DNA from: the human T2T-CHM13v2.0 reference genome, Homo sapiens
Length of the DNA stretch: 64,000 bases
Strand: one strand, 5' to 3'
NCBI RefSeq assembly: GCF_009914755.1
Contig: NC_060929.1
The first letter of the stretch is position 1. Every line of letters starts with the position of its first letter. Positions 42,134 to 57,524 of this stretch are shown here, one piece after another. The notes under the pieces were generated by a model. That model did no database searches. It saw only the letters and a program-made list of their open reading frames with translations, and was not told the DNA's origin. Both the position numbers and the translations under genes were made by a program.

Positions 42134-45100
42134 CCCATAAATATTGCTAAAGATAAATATTCTCAGAGCCGCCTATCATTTGGACAATATATCAACAACT
42201 AGAATGACTGACGTGTGAATAGTATCTTTTGAAAGAAATCCTAAAATTCACCTTCATTGAGAACTTTCAAAGAGAAGAGAAAAGTCCAATTTGGGGTGCA
42301 GTCCTATGCAAAAGCAGCCACCCTAGTGGGGATGACGCCAGGTGGGTTTTTATGATTGGCTTAAACATAGATTGGGATGGCACGAAATAAAGGCAGAGAA
42401 AAGGGGATAGAAGATCCTAAACCCTCTAATTATGTTCTTTCATCCTCCCTCACTACGCACCATTTGCTTTTTTATAATGTGATACCTGCCAGAGAGATCA
42501 TATGGGCAAAGTATTTCTGCTTCTAAATTAGCCCAAAAGTTAAAAAAAAAAAAAGATTCCGGGTTTGCTTTCCTGTGAAGGTATAAGATAAAATGTAAAG
42601 AACAAGCACAGTGATGATAGAAAGGTTGGACTCAGATTTTATATTTTTACAAAAGGAATTTTTAAAACACATATTGTACGTGAAGAGATGTAGCAGGGTA
42701 CTAATAGCGTAGGCCTTTTAAAAATCAATAATTGGTGTTAGTAATAAGAGATGTGCTGACAACCAGCTGTGAAAGTGGCCTCATTCCTGCAGTGCAGGAG
42801 GGAAAGAAACCAGCCGGTGATTACTAACTCCAAATATTGCTTGCAGTGAAAGCTTCATTAAAAAAAATTAGTAAAATACCCCTTTTACCTTAAAATATGT
42901 GTCCCCATATTGAAAGAGGATCTATATAAAGAGTTCAGAAAAGAACTGCTGCAAACTGTTCAAATCAAGAGTATTTCCCAGTTGGGCCACCGGCCTACAT
43001 TGTGGAACTTACTCTTTAGTAAAAAGCTCTTCTCCTCCCAATTAAAGAAAAAAAGGTTGGGATGCCCACAGGTCCTTGCAGCATGTTTAGCGTGACTTTT
43101 AACCCCTCATTTCACCTTCTGTATATGGCTCTTCTTTATACCACCACCTGATACAGCCACAGAATCTAGTCTCCACTGCAAATTAGGCTGTTAGCATCTC
43201 TTTCACAATTTTTAAAAGTCAGTGTCGAAATTCACTGTTGGCCCTTGCTGGTCTTCTATGCATGCTGCCTGTGAAAATCCAGCCATTTATTTTTATTCAA
43301 ATCAAAGGGAGGCATTTTTGTTATTAAATAAGTTACTCAAAAACAAACAGCAACAGAGTCCACTTCTTACCAGCATATTCCTGCAAGCCTGATATTCTAC
43401 ATGAATTATCTTAATGAGGAAATATATCCAAGCACTGAATAAGGAATCTTAGATTTCCAGCTTTGACTTTTAGCTACAGCTCACTCACACACAACCTTAC
43501 AGAATCCCTTAAATCTCCAAGAGCCCATTTCTCATTTTCCTCTGTGCTCCCATGGAGCTGATCCAATGGTTTTTAAGGGAGCTCTGAGCTTGGACAAGCT
43601 CTGAAGGGCATGGGGCAAGACAAGAAACGGGCCCTGCGCTCCCTGCTTATCGTCTTGGAAAATAGGTATGATAATATCAGCCTCACCAGGGTCCCATTGC
43701 AATTAATGTTTGGAAAATGTTTTGAAATCCCAGAGTTAAGAAAGGCAATACCAGCGTCAATTATTTAAGGGTCTTATTTCTAAAGCACTATTCAAATTGT
43801 TTTAAGCCACTTTTTCTAAAAATATATGATACAAAGGCAATTATACTACCTGCAAGCATAAATTGATGTGGTGGTTTTATGGTCTTTTGAAAATTGCCTT
43901 AGTAGAATATCTCTGTGACCTGGAACATCTAGTTAAATGAGGAATCTGAGTTTTGTAGACTCGCCCAAACACTTAAACGCCAAAGAGATGAATCTATGGG
44001 AAGGGTGCTTTTCTTTGTTGATCTTGATTGCAGTTTCTGCACTTTCCAGAAGGTGATGTTGCTTTGCTTGGCTTCGTTTCAGATCTGAGGAGGGAAGCCA
44101 AACAAACAGTGGAAAATGAAGGATGAATAAAAAAAGAAAAGAAAAGAACCTTGGCTTAGGAAAGAGAAAACTTTTACAACCAAAGGCATTACAGAAGGTC
44201 TTTGAGTTTCAATAACTTTGTAATCTTCATATCCAACCAATTTTTGCTGTATGAGTATTTCTGAGTCGAACATCCTGGAATTAAAGATAGATTCCAAAGT
44301 ATTTCTAAACAATGTGTAAAACTGGCATTATTAGAAGTCTTTGAGTATATAGACAAGACGGAAAGTTTAAAATAGGGAAACTAAATTGAGAACAAAGATG
44401 TTTCTAAAGATAAATCTATTGCTTGAATTTATTATATAACAACATTTTTTAACTACACAGGTTTGCATTTTACTTGGTACAAATATATCGTTGAAGAGTT
44501 CACTTACACATCCAAGCTATTACATACAACTGGGAATGGATGCTCAATGCTGTGTACAAGGTAAAATAGGTCTTTAAAAATATGTATATCCGTTAATGCT
44601 AAGCTATATATTTTTCAGGTGTCCTTGTAACTTAGTGTTCTTTTTCTTTTTGCTTTATTTGCAGTTTATTTAATATTTGAAAATACTTTTGTATCAATTA
44701 GCAAATTAGCAATTTATCTGGGCGGAAAAACCCCATCTTAGTTACTGAGTTACAAAGTGAATTGTTCTGCAGCTGCAAAATCAAGTGCCTCAGCTGAGTT
44801 AATGCTTTTCATTTCTTTTGCATGTGTCAGCATTAATGGAGGCAAGCTTCTATGAAGCCTTGCGTGTGAAGATGGTGCTGAGCAGACTAGATTCAATTCT
44901 GTTATATTCAATTCTGTTAAATGCTTTTTGCATTTTTTTTTTTTTTTTTTTTGGAATAAGGCACAAAAGGAGACTTCAGGCTGAACTTCAAGCAAAAGTT
45001 AATGCTATTCTCTTTTGGGTTCAACCACCCACTTTGCTTAAGGTCACTAGTTGAGGCTAATGCAGCTCAGAGGGGCTGCAGTAAACTTGGCATCTCCTTG

Positions 45101-47677
45101 ATTAGGCTCCCTGCTGATCTAATACACATACTAGTTCACTTGCCAAGTCAAATAACACATTTAGTGAATTGGAAATAAGATTTAAGTGGGCCAGCACAAT
45201 GCGGCTTGCCCTCTCATCTTTTTACCGAATCCTTCTCTTTGTATGCAAGGCTGTGAAAACTGCTCTTGTTAGAGGACTTAATCTTCATTTTTTTCCTGTA
45301 GATTATTTGGAAACAGGTCAATTGAATGTTGGAGCTGCTAACTCCTCCCACTAAAGAAAGAACCCGCTTGTGGCATACTGATTGCATCATTTAAATGAAA
45401 AGCTCCTATTATTAAAGATAAAATACTACAATATAAGGGTTTGTTAGAATTAATTTAAAAATCCTGATATTAAATGCAGTACTTTTTTAACAGTGTGTTT
45501 ATTTCTTTGTCTTATAGATTCTTTTCTAAAGCATGCTTTGTATTAACTACTGGTGAGTAATAGGAGGGGATGATCATATCAGTATATATTCATCTCCTGT
45601 GGCTATTCTGCTGCAGTTAATTCTTAAATACAGTAGGTTATAATAGGGTGACATTTCTATAGTGCCTTTCATAAGAGCAATCTAAAGCATGTCATATAAT
45701 GTTTGACTTTGAACTATTCAGTTTCTTAGTGACACAAATCTCAGGGTAAATTTATGCCTTCATGGTTTGTTTCCTTAAAAAATATGAGTCATTGTATTTG
45801 TTATAGTTTGAAATTTATCATAGATTCACCATAGATTATCAAGTTATCCATGCCATAATAATCTGTAACTGTCCTTATCTGTGTGTTAGATGTGCAGGGT
45901 TATGATGTGTGTGGACTTTTTACGATCTACTTATCTCTTCTGGTCATATAGATTTATGTGTATCTCTTTTCTGACTAAATCTGAAATCAGAGCTTGCATT
46001 CTGAAGAAACAAAACATATCTATGTAAAATCCAAGTACTATTCCCTGACATCTAAAAGTTAGAGAAAAATGATTATAATACCCTCCACCAAAATAAGGAG
46101 GTACTCAATTTCAATTGCATTTTTTACAAAATAAAATGTTAAATGTGTGAAATGTATAATGTACCCTGAGATTAAGCTAAGTATCCCCAGAATGATTTTT
46201 AGAGTTACAATAAATAGACTATTTCAAGGGACAGTGTTTGATTATCTAAAATTTACATATTTGCAACAGTTGTTTCTGAGTGGAAAGGATTTATTTACTT
46301 AGCCAAAGCAAATAGCTTTTCTATGAAATGTGAAATAGGTTATACTGTTTATACTGTGTTTAGTCATTACATTTCATTCCTCAAAATGAGTACCAGATCT
46401 CTGTACTGTGTAATGAATATCCTCACAGTTTGTAAAACAATGTTAGTAATAATAATAAAGAATTGATCAATTTAATATTCTAATCTGGACTTCAATTTGA
46501 GGTTGTTGTTCTATCCAAAAGCACTTTGTAAATTCTAGAGAACTACACAAATGTGAGATCATTGCTATATTTTTCATCTCCTCTACTATATTTTACCTGT
46601 TTCTTTTACTTGTTTTGGACACCAGTAATGTTAAAACTCATCTCTAATAGGAAAAAGCAGAAAAATTGAAAAGATTACAAATGGTAAAATTATGATTAAA
46701 CATAAAATTATTATGAAAAATGGCAGACTCCTACAATAGTCTGAGTTTTGTTTTTTGTATTGGTAAGAATTACACTTTTTTTTTGTTTTTTTGTTTTGTT
46801 TTATTTTGTTTTGGATGCCTTAGCTACAGATAGATGGCATCTAACCTCAAGGTAAGATTTTACTGCAGGAAGGCATTTTTACCTCATTACAGTTTGTCAG
46901 TAGAGAAAATATTTGTGGCATATTGATGTTCTACTGGTTAGAAAATATGTTTCCCCAAGCTCATGATTTTTATTCTGTGTTCTTGTAACTACTTAGAGCA
47001 ACTTTGGGACATTAAGACATCAGTAACAAACACAAATATGTGATTACTGGCTTCAAAGTACGTGTAACAACTACCCTTTTTGAATATCTTTATATCTTCT
47101 GTTAATGTTCAGAGATGTTCAAAAGGTACATGACATTTTACACCTGTACAATAAGAATGTTTGGAAGAAATAATTGTGAATGAAAAAATTATTTAAGAGA
47201 GAATTTTATGTTTTGGGAAGAAATGACAATTAGTATTTTAGCCATTTCTTTCTCACTAACAAATGTATGCCAAAATACCACCTGTTTAATTCTTAGCATC
47301 CAAGCAAAACTATTTTTATTAGCTATATTAGACATATTTTTCCCTTCAGTTTCTTAAGTTTTTTGAGGTAATTATCATAATGTAAGTACAAATAAAAACA
47401 TAATGTTATGATAAACTTAGGGGATAAAATTATATCTTAAAATTTTATTTACATTTGTTGCCATTTCAGACAAACAACTGAAAACTTACCCTTCCTTTTA
47501 AATTAATAAACTTGGAGCAATATTAAACCTAAATTTAATTCCTCACAGTCTCTTCCTTTTTTCCATTCCCAAAGAACCACTCTCTTGGTCCTAGATTGGA
47601 AAGGGGTATTTCAGTCTTATATAGCTGTATAACTTTTTATTCTCCCCAGGGGCAAAGAATGAAGTCATATTTCATAA

Positions 47678-47698
47678 TTATATATATATATATATATG
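47678..47698. repeat. (TA)n microsatellite
   Basis: TTATATATATATATATATATG. Confidence 0.85.
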
Positions 47699-50600
47699 GT
47701 ATTGTGTACAAGGGAATATCAGGAGATGGTATGTGACCTACATGTTCCTACAAAGAGCATGACCCAATAAGAGTACACATATTTTTAAATGATTATGTGT
47801 TTCTAGTAGCAAAAGAGCCAGAACCTAGAATTGCAATCTCTCAATTGCAAATTCATAAGAGCAATTGAGAATTCCCTGCTACTATTCCCACCCTTAACCA
47901 GCTAGTATATGCAAGCATTACAAGAAATTGCTAAAGACAGTGCTGTACAATATATGCAGGTAACTAGTAAAAATAGTAGCCCCCTACCAAACATCAATAC
48001 AGTTACTAACAATCTAGAAGAAAATGTGCTATTAAAAATAGGTACTGAATCATAGGGTTAATTATTGTTTAAGTATTCTAGCTATGATAATATAATTCAT
48101 TCAATTTACATAAAGTGAAAAGTGATAATGGTAAAATTCTTATGTCTGGAATAACTTTACAGCTCTATAACTCTTTTGATGACCTTGAAAGTTATATAGA
48201 ATAAAAATGTATGCAAAAACACTTTAAAGTAATTCTTTTATCTTACCATTAAGTTGGTAATACAGCATGTATTTTGATAAATATAAAATTCCTTTTTCAC
48301 ATTTAACTGACGATCTATTGTACTCCAATTTGGCAAATGGGCATTTTGTTAAGTAAGGAAATGTTTTATTTTTATTGTAAAGATTTGCTTTTATTTCAAA
48401 TACATGAGTGAGTGACAAACTTTAGAGTCTAATAACAAAAAACAGCAGGTAAGAAATAAAGAATTTTTTAAAGAAATAGATTAAAATTTATTTATAAAGA
48501 TTGAAAAAAGTTAAATACTGTTTCAAACTTGACTTTCATTTTATTAACTTCTGTGAATACTATTATGATTTAGACACTAAAGTTTTTCTCACATTAAGTT
48601 ATTCAAGTAAATATGTCTAGAGCAAAAACTGCTTGACTGCAGTGAGCAGGTCTTATTTATTTATTTATTTTTAATCTACACTCATCTATAGTAAGTGTCT
48701 AGTCTCTAGTAGATCTTCAATAAGTACCGTTGATAGGATGGAATAAAAGTGCCCTAATTAGATACATGCAGTTTGCTTTAAAACTGTTTACAATTATACA
48801 CCTGGAAGAAGAAGCACAAAGATAATTGAACTGAACCTTATGCTTGGAAATAAAAGCCCACCAAATAATCAGATTGGTTAAAGAAATTGCTTATAGTCAT
48901 CTTAGTTTAAAATAAAAAAAAATCTTTTTCACTAATAATTATTAAAATAGATTGAATATATTTTTACCAAAATCATTGCATTTTTTTAGGTACACATGGA
49001 AAACTTCTGTCCAAAAAGTTTTGCCTCTTTGAGAAGTAAAATTATTTCTTAAAACCCAGAGCTGAGAAATACACATCATGTGTAAAGAGTATTAAATAAA
49101 AATAAGAACCCACAAACAATATTCTGTGCAGCAAATAATCATTTTTTTGTCTACTTCTATAACAGAGAACTCCTGAAAGTTCTCTCTTTTCAGGAGAACC
49201 CAGGGTGTTTATTTATCAAGCCTTCTAAGAAAGGAAGTCACAGGGATGTTGTGTTTCTGTTTCAGAATATCAGAATAGAAAATTAAGTATGCTTCTTTTT
49301 GCATTCAGTTACACTTCTGAAATGAACCTTGACACCTAAAAATGTTCTAACTACTCAGAAATCAGTTTGAAGTGCACATCTCCCATCACTCCCAAGATCC
49401 AATTTTACTATCAACTATTTTATGGAAGACGATGCCAAAAATCTTTATTAAATTGATAGGTCTACTTTAAGACAAACTATATACCACATTCATTTTTTCT
49501 CAAACAGCACAACTGGCTAAAACATGGTAATAGTTAAAATGAATATGGCATAGACAGCAATAGAATTATAATTCTTTCTATGCAAAGGAATGACCTTCTT
49601 TACTCAGTAATGGAAATATTTTATGGGATAACCCTTTACCCTATTATAAATACACTTCTTTCTTTCCTCCCTCTCCATCTATTCATATATGGGTAGTACA
49701 CATGTTATACACAATATGAACTCTTTTCAATTTATAACACTGTAAACATGTTCCTGCATTTCTTATTATCTGAGTTGATGGACTAATTAGAAACAGTCAA
49801 GGTTATATCTCGGTGTGCCAATAAAAAATGTTTCTAATTGGCGCTGAGACTGAAGATAATTCAATTACAAATCTTTTCCATTTGATTCATTCTTTTCTTC
49901 CTTAGAAAGGATTATGTTGATGGGATTCAGGTAATGGAACTTGGTGGCTTAGGAGAAGCATTAAAACATCCTTCCAGCTTTCAACTAATGTGATTAAGTT
50001 TTATGAAGTTTGTTTTTCTTCTTAAAATCTTACTGAGGTCGAGTGCTCATGTGATTCCCTTAGAGCAGGGTTGAGAAGTTGGGTGAGTTGAAGAGGTGTT
50101 ACTAATCTCTTAATATGTGCCCATTAAAGTTCTAAAAAGATTGAACTACTCATTTCCCCATATCACAATTCCTAAGTTTATAAATAAAAACACATAGCTC
50201 TTCTCAATTAAGTCTTCCTTACAGACCTTGGACTGAAACACTTCTGTATAATACCCACAGAGTACACGTGTAGGGTGGTTAATGAGCAAAAGTTGATTTA
50301 AAAAAAAAAAACTTAGTTTAAGTTAAAATAATCTTTGTGTTGTCAATAACCTAAACTTTTTATCTAGTTATTTACTGAGCCCACAAAAATAAAACGTGTT
50401 ATTTTCTCTTTCTTCTAAAGAAAGGCAAGCAGCAAATACTTAACATTATATTTAATTTCACACTGGCATTTAAATTAGACAAAGATAGTAAGCAATCTAC
50501 AGTGTCCAGTGTTTTCATTTGTGTGTGCAAAGAGCTTGAATTGCATGGTATCTTCTTTCCCCTTGAAAGATGAAAAAACAATGTATTAGGTTACAACTGG

Positions 50601-53008
50601 AACATTTTAAGATTTAGTATCCAGAAATTAAATGCATCATGAAACGATAGGTGGAGTTTAATGTACACCCTATCAGTGTGGGTCAGTGACCTGGAACATT
50701 TTCAGGATTAGTATGAATAGAAAATATTCCCTTCTATTTTCTCTCCATATAGGAATCTATTTTAATATCTCTCCCAGTAGGTCAAAGGCTCTTTCCAGTG
50801 ATTCTAAATGGAAAAGAATTTCAGAAATCAAATTATATTAATGAAAACCTCGATACAGAAAGTTATAAGAAATGTGTTGTATTTGCATATAAACATTTAT
50901 ATATAAATCTATCTATAATTATACATATTAATATGTGCCATATCACTTAATAATCTATGGTTATGCTTACACATATTATTTTCCAAAATTAGTAGATTTT
51001 TTTAAAAGAAAAGCAATAGCCTATAGCTGGATGTATTTGTAAAATTCTTAACTGAGACATATGTTGTAGATAAATCTGAAAGCAAGCATGGATACATTCC
51101 ATGACAAGTATTTAAGTACTGGCAGTATTTATAGGAATGTTCAGTCTTCTGATTTATATTACACATACTTTCTATATGATCACTAGAAATTTTATTAAAC
51201 CAATCATTTCTGGAGCTTGATAATTACCTTTGAGTGGAAGAAGGTACATGCCTCGGTGGAATCTCTCTCTTGCCTTAGAGGAAATATTAATTGCAGTCAA
51301 TTTTCGATTAGATAAAAAATGTTGTGAAATTTTCTCATCTTAAAATCCCTTATCCCTATAATGCAGAACATTCTAATGGTTTGCCACCATGAGGCAACAC
51401 ATTAACTATCTCAGTGTGGCATCAGCCTGCAAAGTTTGTAAACAGCTTTACACTTGAAAATACAAGAATGGTAAAATAAGAATTTTTATTATATGTTTTA
51501 GAAGTTGCCATTTTCTAGTTCTTTAGATCCCCAAAATAAAATAGAAGTTATTTTTCTATTAACTTTGAGAAGATTTTCAGTGATTGGTTCATTTATAATG
51601 CTAGTTTTTCAACTTCCAATGATACTTGTAGGAAAAGTAACAATTACTATAACTTTGACTTTGATCTTCCTTAGATTGTGACATATTTAATGCTTTTGTC
51701 AAAATGTTATAGTACCTCATTAGCAAAGATAACCATGGAATACACAGGAAGAAGAAATAATAGTTAATATTTTTTAAGTCACATAAACTACCTAAGTATT
51801 TAACAAAATTAGTGATTTTTAGATGTCAGTAATTGATAAGCCCAATTCTTGACTCAATGTCCATCATATTATATGAAATAACTGAACTCCTTGTTTTTTC
51901 AAATACAAACAAAAAAACTTTGACTTCATGAATCTTCCTCAGTATTTACATAATTTAAGCGAAAGCCTATGGCGGACAAGGGAGATATAGTTCTCACTGA
52001 CATTTGCTTTGGAATTGGGCACTGTAGGGTTGATGCCCTGGAGGTTTGTCCAGCCTGCTGTAACTGACATAAAACTGACCATTTGACCATGCCTGTGTTT
52101 GCTTTAGATTTCATATTAGTCTTGTGGTTTTTGCTTTGCAAAGCTGTAGAACAGCTGCTTTTCAAAAGAACATATGCTAAGGACATGGTAACTAAGTTCA
52201 GCCTTCACCAAAAACTTGAGGAATTCTTTGAGAAAAATATACCAATGACAGTATTAATTTTGGAATCACCTCTGGAGTCTTCAGTGTCATATGGATCAAA
52301 GAGTTCAGAGTTCAGTGCATGGATGTTTAACTTAGCTTTTGATTTTCTCCAGCGGAAAATTTGTATGTTTTCAATGTGCTGGTGCTAAAGGAAAAAGAAA
52401 ATTTGAATGGAATATGTTCACTGTCATGTATAACATAAGAAAAAAAACAGTTTATATCATTTTCTGGGGCATGTATTTTGCATTCTTCTCTTTGATTTTG
52501 ACAATCTATCCTTTAAGATTCTTTGTCTGTTTGGTGATATTTGCACTTTAGTAACATAAGTGGGGAAGAACACACTGCCGTAGGGAATGGTCCTGGAACA
52601 AATGTAGTTGGAGTTCCTGAATTGTGCTTCCTGGTACTAATTTTATTATTCACCATGATGTTGTCCTTTGTACACGTAAATCATTACTTTGACATTGTTG
52701 TTAAATGAGGAAGGTTGAAATTAAAAGGAATCACATGTTTCCTACAGTAAACTGTTGGAATCTCTTCCCCATTTATTGGATTTTGTTTTTGTGTTTGCAG
52801 AGCCTGTCACTGTTGACACATTTACCACCTCATCTCATTGACTAGCTGAGTATCTTTTCATAAACAATGTGTTTCTATTCTCAATAGCATGCTCTTAGAC
52901 ATATAGTAGGTCATTGGACACATGATGTTTTTTCAAGCTAATATCTAGAGTAATTTTCTGATGGTGATTGAATCTTATTTTACATTAACAAGTCAAATAA
53001 TCTTATCA

Positions 53009-53305
<297 letters not shown>

Positions 53306-53983
53306 TTATAGATGCCACTTTTCCTTGCTCTGTGAGCTATTAAGTATAGAAACATGAAGGCAGGTGGACTGTATGCAAATACTGAGACAGGAGCTATTAT
53401 GAATATTCACTGTAGCACAGATGACCTGGATGCTGTCTCTATATGGGAATTCCTTCTCAGGCTTTCTTGGGAAATTTATATTTTTCAAATCTTGAATCCT
53501 GAGAATTATTAAATGAGAAATGTTAAAAAATTAAAAACAAGTATTATAATTATCTGCGAGAATTAAAGCTTAAATATCATCACAGAGATGTTATTGGTTT
53601 GAAGGAATCCATTGACATCAAGTTAAAAGCAAAAGTGAGACACCTTGACAGTCAGTCAAAAGTTAAAGTTGATATTTCCTGGAAACAGGACAAGAACACA
53701 TAGGCAAGAAGAGGTCACAATCTAATTAGTCAATCTTGCTTGTGGTTATTGCCATGATAAAAATGTTCATGGGCTGTTGGCGGCTTACAATAAGTCATTT
53801 TTAAAACATAAATAAATATTAATAAGTTAATACATATCATATACTTTATGCAAATACTATGAATAGTGTTCCAAGAAACAATTTGACTTGAAAGTAAAAT
53901 AAATCATTAAATTGAAATCTACACCTGTACTGCTGTTAACCTTGATAGGAGATACAAATGTTTAATTTTTTTAAAATACTACC

Positions 53984-54349
53984 TGATATGGTTCAGCTCT
54001 ATGCCCTCACCTAAATCTCATCTTGAATTGTAGCTCCCATGATCCCCATATGTTGTGGGAGGGACCTGGTGGGAGGTAACTGAATCATGGGTGCGGGTTC
54101 TTCCCATGCTGTTCTCATGAGAGTGAATAAGTTTCATGAGATCTGATGGTTTTATAAAGAGCAGTTCCCCTGCACATGCTCTCTTGCCTGTCACATATAA
54201 GAGGTGTCTTTGCTCCTACTTTGCCTTCTGCCATGATTGTGAGGCCTCCCCAGCCATGTGGAACTGTGAGTTCATTAAACCTCTTTGTCTTTATAAATTA
54301 CCCAGTCTTGGGTATGTCTTTATTAGCAGCATGAGAACAGACTAATATA
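53984..54349 (+). mobile_element. THE1 (C/D-like) solo LTR
   Basis: TGATATGGTT...GGGAGGGACCTGGTGGGAGGTAACTGAATCATGG...GTGAGGCCTCCCCAGCCATGTGGAACTGTGAG...AGACTAATATA; perfect 5-bp TSD CTACC at 53979-53983 and 54350-54354. Confidence 0.95.
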
Positions 54350-57133
54350 CTACCCAATAATGCACAGTGGTAATTTTCAGTGTTTCAGTATTTGCTATAG
54401 GTTGTGTTTCTTTGAAATATTTTAACAAAATAACTACAAAGAAAAGAAGATAACAATGGTATAGAATCTCCAAGGTGAAATCCAAAACTGATCTAAAATC
54501 TAAGTTGGTAAAAGTGTATTTATTTTAATACTAAAATCAAATCAGAGCATGTTTTCATCATTAAAAAAAGAGATTATATTAAATAACATATACCCTAATG
54601 CCCAAGTTGTAAACGCTTTTGGAAGCGCTTATAACAGTTTGATCAGTGTCAATAACAAAATACAAACTATTTCTACATCTAGAATATTTATCATGTAACA
54701 AATATTAAGTCTTTTAGATAGGAAAATGAGTACTTGTGTGTTTTACTCCCACTTTGTGTATTTTGAAATTACTTTTAAGTATTATAACTCAGAAATATTA
54801 AATATTTGGATTATTTTCAATGTTTTAAATAATTTTTATTTGGCATTGATTTTATATTAATATTTCCTTCATTATTCTTTATCAAATATCTATTGCAGAT
54901 ATATATAATTTTAACATTATTGGAATATCTAAACTTGTCACAACATAGTGATACATAATAATAAAATGTGCATTTATTATTCATTGCTTTACATTAAAAA
55001 CTTCTGCAACTTCTAGTATAATTTTGGCATGTAAAAAGGTTTCACTATTATTTTATTCAATCATTAATACTTAGAAACATGTAAAAAAAAGTGTTGTGGA
55101 AAACAAAGAATAACTCATGATCTCATTATTCCCAATAATTTTTAAGAATTCCAATTTCTTGTTCCCAAATACTAAAGGTTAATATTAGTTGGAAATTAGA
55201 AACACTAGGCCTGTAGCAGTTCTAGAATTTTGTTTGTGACCTTGTCATGTTCTTTAAGGTAAAACATAACTCAAAGCCGTTGCTAGTCAAACAAGGCCAG
55301 AGGCTGCTGTGCACAGTGACCATAGGTGATTCTTTCTGCTCTCTAGTTGTAAGGCTGTGAGTGTACAAGTTGGTTTCCAGTTTAATTCTGCTTTAAGATA
55401 TTTCCTTCAGTTACCTTTGTGTGGGACCCCTCTTTACTTCAGTCATGTATTTCTTTATTATTGGTGTACTGTTTGATGTGACCTGTGAAAATATTTCAAT
55501 CTAATGATAGCCATGACTATCTATTGGGTTTTCTGTTTACAGACAAGCAAACAATGTAAGGTTGTAATCCAAAATCGCATGACATTTATGTAAATGTATA
55601 CTAAGTTCATATTATTATTCATACAGGCTTGAGTCCCACTTCACACAGAAAATAATTATGAGGGGTTGAAAATCTCTCACTAAGGTTTCTAGATCTACTA
55701 TTTTAAAGAACTGATTGCAAAATTGCCTATTTCATTAAATGAAAGTGATTTACTATCATCTTGGAAATTTTAAAGCTCCCAAAATGTGTACTTCAATCAG
55801 ACAGGGCACTGGAGTAACCATTTTATAATAGACCATTTGATAGTACATTTATAATTCTTAATTTAATATTTTTTTAACTGCAAAATTTGGCTAGTTTGTC
55901 TAGTTTACTTCAAAGAATCAATCTCCAATTGAACTCTTTTTACTTGCATCACAAAATATTAAATAATATCTCTAGGACAATTTTAATAATGATCTAATGA
56001 CTTTATGGGAGACTTAAACCTACTTAATAATTTTGAGAAAATTGCACAAGACAATGTATCTGCTTTATATTTCTCATTATACTTTCTCCTATACCAAAAT
56101 ATGTGTTTGGATTTGAATTAAGATAATGCATATTAAAGTTCTTTATAATCCACAAAGTTTACATCACAACAAATGTACCATGATTGCTTTTTCAAGTTGG
56201 AATGTGTTCCCCTTGTGTTATGATTGGGATTTACTGGCATTTCAACTTGAAAAATCTGATATTTCACTCTATTCCTGGCTCACACCTTCCACTCCTCATC
56301 TCACCCCACTGCCCCAAAAAGCAGTTACATTGCTTTTTGGGGCACAAATAGTTATATTGTGTTGTTTAGCTTATCAGTTTTAAACTTAATATTCAGGACA
56401 TTTTCTAGACAAAAAAATGCCCATTCCAAAATGGGCCTGTCTTTGGAAAGGCGCACTCCAAAATGCAGAGAATTGAGCATGGTAAGGAAATCTGGAGACC
56501 AGTGCAATTCTGGATTCTACCATGCTTTACCTCTTAATGGGTGTATGTTACTTTGTCTACGCAAGAAGACAGAGAAAAGATCTGTCAGATATTACTACAC
56601 AAGAAGCAACGCCAATATAAGTGGACTTAAAGTAATTCCAAGTTAAGGAATGCCTACATTGCTTCGATAAGTATATTCCAAATCAATATTTAAATTTAAA
56701 TCTAATAATTCAAAGCATACTTCTAAATAGAAAAAGTATCACTGAGTAATTTATACAATAAATGTGAAATACATCTTATATCCAAGCAAACTATGGTTTT
56801 CTATGACCCAGTTGTGATAATCCAATTACTACAGGATTAAATCACACAGCTCTTACCATTATGTCTGTAATACTGCTCACATCAATGCAGGGCTAGTCTT
56901 AGGTCAAACCATCATGTATTAAGTCAGCTATCATCTTCCTACAAACTCAAAATACCCACCCCATGTAATCTTTTCCATGAACGTGCCCTCTGTATTTCAA
57001 AGCCGTTCCTCAGTTACCTTAGATTTGTAGATATAGTTGGGATACCGGTATAGATGCATTTAGGTTCCAATAAGGAGTCATCTAGCCGATGGCAGAGAAC
57101 TATTCAAACCCTCACAAAAAAGTTTCTCCAAAC

Positions 57134-57330
57134 CAGGACTTGGCAAGCTACGTCCTGAGGGTCAAATTTAGCCTACCATCTATTTTTGTAAATAACGTTT
57201 TTTTTTTTTTTTGTAATATAGGTATGTTCACTTATTTACATATTGTCGATGGCTGCTTTAGAGATAATATGACCTGCAAAGCCTAAAATCTTTATTCTCT
57301 AGTCCTTTACAAAGAAGTTTTCAGATACTT
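57134..57330 (-). mobile_element. MER58A-like hAT-Charlie MITE
   Basis: CAGGACTTGGCAAGCTAC...TTTTTGTAAATAACGTTTT...GCAAAGCCTAAAATCTTTATTCTCTAGTCCTTTAC. Confidence 0.82.
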
Positions 57331-57338
57331 ATCTAAAC

Positions 57339-57524
57339 CTATGTTTTCAAATGTTAGTGGACATCAGAATAAGATGAAGGGCTTAATAAAAGCAATTGGC
57401 ATGTCCCAGTCACACAGCTTCTGATTAAGTAGATCTTGATCTAGGTTTAAGAAGTTACAGAGCTAACAAGTTTCCCGGTGGAGCTGATGCTGTTGATCAG
57501 GGGACTGCGCTCTGAAAATAAGTG
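57339..57524. mobile_element. MER5A hAT-Charlie MITE
   Basis: ACATCAGAAT...TTCTGATTAAGTAGATCT...TAACAAGTTTCCCGGTGGAGCTGATGCTG; TSD ATCTAAAC/CTCTAAAC. Confidence 0.82.

Noticed and set aside
42314-42346. CTCF-like GC-rich motif
   Set aside because: Only a partial match to the core; cannot be supported without PWM or ChIP data
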